A DNA stretch of 64,000 nucleotides from Vitrella brassicaformis CCMP3155 (lineage: Eukaryota; Protista; Chromerida): NCBI GenBank assembly GCA_001179505.1, contig CDMY01000477.1, forward strand, positions 124,001 through 188,000. The letters run 5' to 3'. Positions 49,215-58,678 of this stretch are shown here, one piece after another. The position numbers and the translations under genes are program-made. The first letter of the stretch is position 1; every line of letters starts with the position of its first letter. The notes under the pieces were generated by a model, which worked only from the letters and a program-made list of their open reading frames with translations, made no database searches and was not told the origin of the DNA.

Positions 49215-49552
49215 AGGAGAGTCGGCGTGACTGTCTTCTCGTTGGCTTGTGTGTGCAACGTCTTCCGGACCTTGATGGAGTGTGCTGATGAGGGTTTGAG
49301 AGCGCAGAACTTCAGGGGCGGGGTGTTTGTTTTCTTAACGGAGGTCTGCACGTGTCGTGTCTTCCGGCCAGGTTTGGGACAAGGCCTGACTTGTAGGACT
49401 GTGAGACTGTGCGATGTGTAGATAGAACGTCACTGTCTGCCTGTCAGAGTATGTGGATTGTCGCTTTGTCGCTTTTGTTGTTTGTTGATTGTGCTAGTAT
49501 GGGTTTAGTGATGGGGTTCTGTGCAAAGCGGGATGGTCCATGCCGAGACTGT

Positions 49553-49870
49553 TGCATCAGTCTTCAACCGTGTCAGTCATTCGTATCAGCACGTTTGTAT
49601 GTCATCCGCATTCATGCAGCCGACGTGCACCCAGCCCAGCAGCCCAGTCAGCATTCAGTGAGTCCCCTAAACCCACGTCCATACCAGACACACATTCCTA
49701 TGCACAGTCAGACTGACTGACAGACAGACAGACAACAGACAATGCCGTGAACCATCAATGACACAGAACCAACACGGGCAACAACCGAGCAACATGCAGC
49801 GGGTCCAGCCAGTGAGTGAGTCCTCTGAACAAACATCCGCACGCACATTCCCACGCACACAAGATACTTC
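49553..49870. repeat. Dispersed repeat, two adjacent copies
   Basis: AGTGAGTCCCCTAAACCCAC (49657-49676) and CACACATTCCTATGCACA recur at about 54188-54225; a more degenerate copy lies at about 49790-49860. Confidence 0.8.
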
Positions 49871-50590
49871 CATACAGACAACACACACACACACACACAC
49901 ACACATTGATGGAGCGATTGAGTGACTCGTTGACGAGCCGGCTGGCCGGTGAGAATGCGCGGCACCTTGCGTCAGTGTGGCCGGCAGCTGATGTGGTGCG
50001 CAACTGGTAGAGATGCGGGGGTTTTCGCGATCGTGTGTGTGTGTGTGTGTCATCGTGTGTCTGGGGAGGATTGGTGGCGCAAGTGAGTGATAAAAGACGT
50101 TCATTAACAGAAAATCATGCAATCAGTGTCCTCATGAAAAGTCACACAATCTTGCAATATCAGCTGGTCCGCGCTCCCCCTCCCCCTCCCCCTCCCCTCC
50201 CAAGCAAGGGCTGCATGCAGCAAAGACAAGGCACTCTCCTCAACCACGCCAGCACCAACCACGTACACAACCACAACCAGGACCACATGCACATGTACGT
50301 CCCTCGTGTATCCGATCCCCAGCAGACCAGTGTGGAAGACATCGACTACTCCCGCGTACCGCACCCGCCTCCATCATACCACACACACACACACACACGA
50401 CATACAGGCATGCGCCTCGCCGGTCATTGGCGGACGGGTGGATGAACGAGATTCCAGTCTTGAGATCAGACAGACCTGCAGCGGACAGACAAGGCACAGA
50501 CACAGGGAGAGAGAGGACAGAGCAAAGGACAACTTCAATGACACAGCGGATGCACATGTCGTGAGTGTGCTTGCCTCATCGCTCCTTACG

Positions 50591-51290
50591 TCAATCATTA
50601 CGCTCCCTGCCCCGGACGACGACGACGCCGACGAGGAGCACCAGAAACGTCAATGAGAGGCGCCCGATTTCGATCAGGCGCTGGCCAACGCCATCGCTGC
50701 CAGTGATGATGCCGGCGGCCTGGAGCCTCTCGTAGATGTCCCTGCCAATCAAGTCCTTGGACATCTCCTGCAGCGCCTTCTGAAGGGTCTTCCCGCTGCG
50801 GAGGGCGGGGAGGAGGGCCTGGACCAGAACGGCCTTGCTGGTAGCACCAGCTTCAACGAGCTGGCGGTACTGCTTGTCGCCGACGAGGCTCTCGAGCTGC
50901 TTCCGCTGGTCAAACGACATGACGCGGGACTGAGATTGGACTGACGGCACCTGGGTGGCGAGGGAAGAGGAACTGGGGAGATGGCGGTGTGTTGCGAGGG
51001 TGGCTTGTCAGGTACCTGTTGGTTGGCACGAGCTGGAGGGAGATGGGGCGAAGAGGCCAGGAGGAGGGGGGTTGCTGAGAGCGAGTTGACAGCCAATCGG
51101 TGGCTTTTCTTGTCGTCGGTGAAGTGAACCACGCGAGCGACGTCTTGTCGGGGGAATCGAGCCAGTGGGAATCAAGCACATCGACTCCACAGAAGATCGC
51201 GAAAACACCTGCAGCCACACACCAGAGGACAACAGAACCGGACATTGCACGTGGCGGAGGAGAGGAAGCGCCAAAAGCGCCATCCATGGG
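50591..51290 (-). CDS. Hypothetical membrane protein; exon structure unresolved
   Basis: Clearly coding exon VPSVQSQSRVMSFDQRKQLESLVGDKQYRQLVEAG...EIGRLSLTFLVLLVGVVVVR, plus an upstream hydrophobic leader (MSGSVVLWCVAAGVFAIFC). I could not reconcile the splice phases; further exons may extend to about 50100. Confidence 0.5.
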
Positions 51291-51327
51291 CCTCATCTGC
51301 AGAGGCCGAGATGCCACAACTTGAGTC

Positions 51328-51344
51328 GCGAGCTTTAGCTCGCA
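51328..51344. promoter_or_regulatory. Palindromic double motif GCGAGCT-tt-AGCTCGCA
   Basis: Lies just upstream of the minus-strand gene starting near 51290. Confidence 0.55.
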
Positions 51345-52649
51345 CTCTTCGCCATTTCTGTAATGTTGCGGTTTGTGGTGTGGTGGACAGATGCGGCGCG
51401 TGGCGGGTGAGCCATGAGGCCGGGGGGCGCCGATCTGCACTGCACTGCAGTGCACGGCGTGCGAATTATGTGCATAACGAACGTGTGCACGACTCGTTGC
51501 GCTGGCGAATTGCCTGTGTGTCCAGCTGTTTGTCTGATGATCGGACACGAGACAGACAGGCAGGCAGGCCGGGCTTACTGTGACTAGCTACGTAGTTGGT
51601 GTGGGTGTCTTTGCCAGCCAGCCAGTCATCCATTCATCCATTCGTGGAAGAAACACAAACGAACCAACACACCGGCCGGCGAGTCTTTCTTTGTCTGTCT
51701 TGCAATCAGGCAGCACACCACACCACAGCACACCACAGCACAGATGGATGGATGGATGGATGTATCGACTCAAGGAGTGAAGCTCTCACCCACGCACCAC
51801 CTGACTGACTGACAGACACGCATATGTGTGTGTGGGTGTGGGTGTGGTGTGCGTATGTGGGGGGGTGTGTGCAGAGACAGACCAAGAGACCTACTCACGT
51901 ACACCAAGACAGACACACACACACACACACACAGACAGACACACAGACAGACACACAGACAGGAAAAACGACGACGACGATGAGCACCATAAGAAGTGAC
52001 GTCAGTGAGAGGCAGCCCAGCCGGCGTGGTGTTGGTCAGACAGACAGACAGACAGACACTCTCTCTCTCTTCTCTCTCGTGCAGTCGGCAGGCACATGTG
52101 TGTATACGTATGTATATGGACGTCATGATGTCCAGGAGATCCGTGTGTAGGACGTGCGTACGGTGGCCCTCCCCCCCCGCCCTCTCCCTCGCCCCAGCAT
52201 TTCACCACACACGACAGGATCACAGCCCTCCCACAGACACACAGGACAAACTGACACATGGACACAGAGACGCACAGAGAGACAGACACATGGACATGCA
52301 GAGACACACAGACACAGAGGGAGGCAGACACACAGAGAGCCCACGGACAGCAGCCACATGACAACACTCACCAAGACAGGCAAGACAGACAGACAGACAG
52401 ACGGACGGACGGCACCCGAACACCATTCGTGTAGCTCACTCAGTCAGTCAGTCAGTCACTCCGCACTCGATGGCACCACCACCCGAACACAACCCGTCCC
52501 CTATTCACGGTGCAATCCGCGCAAGGGGGAACGGTAGGGTGTCCTGTCTGGCAGCCCGTGTCCAGTCACGCCTCCGGTCAGGGGGAAGACTGGCGCTGTT
52601 TCCCCAGGCACGGGCCCGACTGCCGGCAGCAGCAGCATCGGCTGGGGCA

Positions 52650-53466
52650 GACGTCCGGTCGCTTGGCCTTCCAGCATACCCCCAACTGCGAAGGTCCGTC
52701 TGTGGTTTGCCTCAAAGTGAACGATTTCAACACACGCGTGTAAGGCGATGAAAGGGGAGGAACAGCGTGATACAGACTCGTACTTGTTCTTGGTCCACGC
52801 AGTGCCGACGGGAGCATCCCGTCTGGCGCTCACCTGGCACTCCAGGTCAATGGCGGACCGCTGAGCATGTTCGGGAGTTTCCACCACGCCATTTACGTCA
52901 GTCCCGATGAAGTCATCCACTACGCGTAAGCCAATGGTGGGACGGTGGGACAGGCGCGTATGTCCATTCATTGGCTCAGTAGGGACGACGGAAGCAAACA
53001 CAAAGCGCACGTCGACACGTGGACGCTTGAACGGCTCCTGCGCGAGTATGGGGCGACAGACGTGTATCTCATCAGCTACAAGCACCCCACGTGAGCTCCG
53101 CTGAAGCCGCACTGCCTCTATAAGGTGGCATTGGGATGAGGCTTGCTGCTGCAGGTTCACCAATGGGGAAATCGTCGAGCGCGCCCGCAGCCGAATCGGC
53201 AAAGGCGAATACAACGTCTTCTTCAACAACTGTGAGACCTTCGCCTACTGGTAAGTGGCCTGCTTATATACGATTCTTGGTCTGACTTTTCCTCGCTCAG
53301 GTGCCACACGGACAAGGAGCGCTCTGACCAGATGCGTGTCGTCAAAGAGAACGTCAAGAGAGAAGTCAAGAAGTCCGTTCACAGCCTGGCGGATGAGATC
53401 GTCCGGGGTGGCCTGCCGACGAGGGTGATCCCGATTCAAAAGGTGCTCGCCAGGCTTTTTCGCTAG
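52650..53466 (+). CDS. LRAT/HRASLS-family (permuted NlpC/P60) protein
   Basis: Spliced: SIPSGAHLAL...FHHAIYVSPDEVIHY...TFTNGEIVERARSRIGKGEYNVFFNNCETFAYWC. The H-box and the NC motif with the catalytic Cys are intact. Start codon uncertain (about 52470-52650). Confidence 0.9.
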
Positions 53467-54104
53467 CTGCCGTGCTTTTCCTCTGAGCCCTCCATGCCTC
53501 CATGTGTGTGTGGGGTTTGACTGTCTCGTGCCTGCTTAATGCGTAAGGTAAGCGATGTGTTGGCTGTCTGAATGGTTCAAATTCTGCTGTGTCCCGCTTG
53601 CGTCTGTGCTTTCCTGTGACGTATCTTTCTACTTGCACGCTTCACTTTTTCTTTACTTTTTGTTGGTCTCTCGGCTGCACTTACTGGCTTACCACTGACT
53701 CGTGAATTTATCAGCCATGTGTTTCTTTGAAGACGGCTGTGTGGTGTGAGTAGGGATGGATATATGGAAAAGAGGGCAACGCGCGCACACTCAGATCACA
53801 CAACGGTCCATTCAACGACCAGTCAGTCAGTCTCGCCACTGAGTGCAGCAGCAGCTGTTGAGCACACGCCGTACATGCAAGCTTCTCGCGGCCTCATGTG
53901 ATGATGCTGACTCGCAGGCAATGCGTGACTCGTCGGACGTGTGCAGTGCTGCGTGTGGTCAGAGCAGTCTGGTGTAGGTATCACTCAGCTGCTTGCCGTG
54001 CGCACACCGACGCCACGTCATGGTGTTCCGCTGATTGTACGTGACTCGCACCGATTTTGCAGTGGATGAATGGATGTGTGTATGTCAAAGCGCCTGGAAC
54101 GGTG

Positions 54105-54250
54105 ACCATTGCATCAATCTTCCAGGCAGCAGCAAGTGCGTTCGTCCATGCAACCAACATGCAACAAGTCCAGCCAGTCAGCCAAAGAGTGAGTCCCCTA
54201 AACCCACACACATTCCTATGCACATACAGACAGACTGACAGACCGACAGG
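54105..54250. repeat. Third copy of the dispersed repeat
   Basis: Shares TTGCATCA.TCTTC, AACATGCA..AGTCCAGCCAGT, AGTGAGTCCCCTAAACCCAC and CACATTCCTATGCACA with 49553-49870, followed by a GACA-type tail. Confidence 0.8.
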
Positions 54251-54304
54251 CCCACAAGAACACACCTATTTCCTCGCCAATAGATAGAGCACAGCCCGCC
54301 CGAA

Positions 54305-57300
54305 TCACCACACGGTGATGGTGCTCGATCCGCACCACGGGCATGTGCTGGGCGTGCACACCAGGTTGGCCCAGAATGGACGCCCGTGGCTGGCGGGGGA
54401 GAAGAACCGGCAGCAGAGGGCACAGTACTCGGGGAGCACTTCCGTCGACAGGGGCATCAGGGTGAGGGCGCATAGGGGGGCCTGCCGGCGGCCTCCCTCA
54501 AACACGATGCTGTCGAATGCCCACGACGTGACGCCTGCTGACTTGTTGAACTCACACACGTGCTTCTGCGGCACACAGAACTGACCACGCACGCACACAT
54601 ATAGCAAACACAGACACACATACAGAGGTCAGGAGGGGTGACTGCATTGTGGTGGTGGTGGGTGGTGAGCTACCTTGTGTTGTAGTGCGTGTTCGATCCT
54701 GGCGATGCTCTCCTCCTCTGCGGCTGACAACTGACAGGAGGACCTGAACGGCCTAATGAAGTCATGGTACACACACCACCAGTACGCCAGCAGCATGTGA
54801 CGCAGCAACTCTGACATACACCACCAACAGGACACACACACAGAGAGATGGAGGATATAAATGCACTGCCCCTGCGCATGCAAGCATACCTTTGTCTTCG
54901 GCCTCGTCCTTTGGGTCGTCTCGGTAGCCGGCAAAGTGCTCCCGCCGCTGACGGGCCATCGGCACCACCACACACCGAAGTGCATTGAGACACTGCAGCG
55001 CCGACACTCGGTGAGCCGGCTGCTGGGCGATGGCTGCAGCGGCAGAAAGGTGCTGCAGGTGGCCGCGCAGACGAGTTAGCAGCTGCTGCACGGGGGCGAA
55101 CGAGGGCGACGCACGTGGTGATGGACTGGACTCACCGGGCTCCTTCTTGACAACTGCTGCTGCTGCTGCCGGCTGACCTTCATCGGTCATCTCAACATCC
55201 ATGAGAGCGACCATCGGCTGTGGCGGTTCTGTTGTGGCGTCGAGGGCCTTGATGGTCGACACCAGCGAGTTGGGCCCCGACAGTCGGTCGATCTCGCACA
55301 GGAAACACGTCAGGAAGGCCCCGTAGTCGGACAGCACGTTCACATCTTCCCCGAGACACTGAGTCGCCGGGCCGATAGAGCGGTAGGCGTCGTCCGTGCT
55401 CTCTTTGCCGGGGTCGCAAAAGGCGTTGGTGGTCTGGGGGATGTCGGGAATGGCCTGCGGGACGGCGCAGAGATCGGCGGCTTCGTGGGGCCGGGAGAGA
55501 TCGATCCCGCCAAGTGAGTCGAAGAGGGCCGACTCCAGCACGCGGCCGCCTTTGTCGCTGCCCTCCCATGTGAGCTGAGATGGGTCAGTGTTGTCAGCAG
55601 CAGTGGAGTGCCGTTTCTGCGCCAGTAGCCGCTTGACACGTCTGCCGAGGTGTCTCTTGCGCAGCGCCATGTCGCTGTGCTTCCTCTCCTCTGTCGCACC
55701 ATCGCTGGCGCCACTATCGCTGTGCGCCAAGACTTCATCGTCGGCCTCCCACCACTCCCTTTCCCTCTCCCTCTCCCTCTCCTTCTTGACATTGGGCCGC
55801 AGACCAAACCCAAAGGCGCCCATCACTTCGTCGCCCTCCCTCCTCGGCGGTGCCAGTATTGCGGACAGGAGGGGCCCGTTGACGGCCAGGTACATGTCCC
55901 AGAGGGAACAGGAGCCGCTGCTGCATGCCAGCTGCTGATGGGTGGACCGCATGGACGAGGTTGTGCTGGTGGTGGTGGTGGTGGTTGGCCACACGAACCC
56001 GTTGGCAAGGCCGAGAGTGTGCGCCATTCGGTGCATGGCGACGCACACCGGTGTGTGTGGTACGAGTGAGGTGGCGACGATGAGCTCTCGGTCGGTCTCG
56101 TAGCAGCTGAAGAGAAGACAGCCGGACGGAGAGGGGCAGTAGCCTGGGGGGGTGAGACGACCACACACACAGACACACAGACACGCACAGAGGATGGATG
56201 GACACCGTGTCGTCCCGCTCGCCATTGGTTGCCCAGGTGTCTGATTGATGTGTTTGCCGCTTGCTTGCCTCTGGCTGATTTGTGGGTGTAGACTGTCCGG
56301 CGAAAAGTCGACGGAATGCTGGGGGCGGGACGAAACACACCCTGTGCGAACGAACACACATAGAGAAGGGCGACAGACAGGAGAGCGATCGATCTTGTGT
56401 GTGTGCGTGGGAAAATGCCTGTGCGTACCTCCTCCAGTGCGGTGAGCCCGTCCACTTTGCCCCTCTTGGTGTCCACGACGCGCACATCGTCCATCTTTCC
56501 CTCCAGCACCATGCCGTCATCGCCAACACCATGCACCACGCGCCAGTGGATCAGGCTCCCGAACTGGTCCAGACTCATCAGCTCCACCAGCAGCCTCCCA
56601 TTGGCCGTGTGCGTGTGTGTGTGGGGGTGGCTGTCACCGAGGCACGCTGGCGACGCCAGCAGGGAGGACCCCACGACATTGGCGAAGTGCGCGTCACTGG
56701 TGAGGGTGGGCGAGAGGAGGTGGTAGATGTACGAGCCACCACCTGCCGTCGTGGTGGTCAGCCCGGACGACCCGCTGATGTCACGCGGCACAGCGCCGTG
56801 GTCGTGCGCATGATGGTCGCTCGCTGCCGATGCCGCTTCCCGACGGACAGCCAGCAGGATGGAAGGCCCTCGGGCGATTGCCACGCACAAACCACCGTCA
56901 GAGAGAGGGGCGGCCCCCTCTGGCTGCTGTGGTTGCTGTGGTGGTGGTGGTATGATGCATGGCCCGACGAGCAGGTCGGCCACGGGTCCCTCGGAGCAAG
57001 GAGCGATCTCCAGGGGCGCCGTGATGCGGTGCTGTCTTGCTGGCAGCCAGTAGCCGTCGGCCTTCCTCTCGACGCCCATGTCCACCTGCCACGCCAGCAC
57101 CTGACCATTGGACAAACCGCCGAACAGAGTGAGCCGCAGAGAGGGCCGCGTGTCTGCCGCCTCCTGCCGCCAGCAGAGCTCCAGTGGGGACATCTTGAGG
57201 GCGGTCACGCGCACGTGGTGGTCTGTGGGGTGCGAGCAGGTCGCGAGGAGGCAGCCTATCTTCATCTTGGGTCGGCCGGGGCACACCCACCACACCACGA

Positions 57301-58549
57301 TGACGGCCTCGTACGCCACGGCGAACAGCACACAGGTCTCAGTGGCCAGCCAGTTGGTGCTCTGTGCCGCCGAGGGCGATGCCGCCTCCTTGCCGATCTC
57401 TGTCTTGACGGCTGGTGCTGCTGCTGCTGCAGGTGTTGGTGCTGGTGTGGTCATGAAGGCGTCGAATCCGTTAGGCGAGAATGCGGCGATGGGGCTGGTG
57501 GTGGATGGGTGGACTTTGAGCCAGTCGGCCACAACGCCTGGTCCTGGTGTGGGGCCGGCGTGGGGCTGGGCGGTGTCGAAGCGATAGAGGGGAATGGCTG
57601 CCTTGTACTCGAGGAACTTGGAAGTCACCTCCAACACCTTCACCGGCTGCACAACAGTGAGACCATCATGTGTGGGTGACTGGGTGCTTGTGTGTGCGTG
57701 TGGTTGGTTGACCGACCTTGCTGACTCCATTTGCGAGGAATTTGCCGGGCATGGCGTAGAGGTTGAAGGTGCCGTCGGTGGTGCCCACCCCCAGAATGCA
57801 CCCCTTGTGCAAACCCACACCAGTCGACTCGCCATCCGCATTCGCCTGGTGGGTGTAGCCGTGCACACGGGGCGACCACACCACGCAGTGAAACCTGCAC
57901 CCATCAACCACACACATCAGCCACACGCATGCACACACAGGCCGACCAGTGCACTCACTCATTATGCATTCATTCCCACGGTCGGTTACTGACCTGACTT
58001 TATCGGCTGCTTTGACAGCGGCGATGAATGAGTCCTCGACGTTCTCCCACTGCTGCTGGCCCGCCTTAGACTTGGCCTTGGCCCTCGACTTGGCCTTCGC
58101 CTTTGCCGACTTGCGCCCCCTCCCGCCCTTCTTGGCACCGGCCTCCTCCTCGAGATCTTCATCCTCATCGCCGCCGCCCATCGAGTGATCCTCCTCGTCA
58201 GCACGCATCATGGCGCCCGCCTGACACACAAACACACACACGTTGCATAGATCCCGATGTGTCCCTGTCGTCCTGGCCACGTGTGCATGCGACTGACCTG
58301 ATTGCTGGCGGCAACCACGTCACTGGTAGTGAGTGTGGCGAGCACCACCGAGGCCGAGGTGAACCCCGGGGACATCCGCTCCATGTCGAGCATGGCGACG
58401 GGGTCGACGACCATGACCTTGTCATCGCTCATGAGCGCCAGCAGGTTGTCCTCACTCACAGCCAACGCATTCACGTGGAACGCCCTGTGCTGCGGCAGCA
58501 GGAACGATTCCGAAAATCGAAGCGCCCGGGGCTTCCCTCGCCGGCTCAT
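54305..58549 (-). CDS. GTF3C4: TFIIIC 90-kDa subunit (GTF3C4/Tfc8)-like WD40 protein with a C-terminal zinc finger
   Basis: ALAVSEDNLLAL...VMVVDP and FHCVVWSP...GCILGVGTTDG resemble the GTF3C4 N-terminal repeats. WD-like strands (VTALKMSP, GLSNGQVLAWQV) and a terminal CALC...FW...CPWC finger are present. Confidence 0.65.
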
Positions 58550-58616
58550 TGCTCCGCTGCCACTCTCTTGGTGTTATTGCCTTCGCGGGTTCGATTCACA
58601 GAAAGAACTGCTTGCT

Positions 58617-58640
58617 TAGCTCGCTGACGCGAAGCTCGCA
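58617..58640 (-). promoter_or_regulatory. Tandem motif AGCTCGCT...AGCTCGCA
   Basis: Lies between the GTF3C4-like start 58549(-) and the PEX5 start 58679(+); the full 8-mer is at 58633-58640. Confidence 0.6.
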
Positions 58641-58678
58641 GGAAGTGCGGGGAAAGAGGGAAGAAACGGCGAAAAGCG

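Noticed and set aside
50104-50364. Possible PPPDE/NlpC-like peptidase reading (VFHTGLLG...DCMIFC)
   Set aside because: The ORF crosses intron-like repeats, and its splice phases could not be reconciled with the upstream exons.
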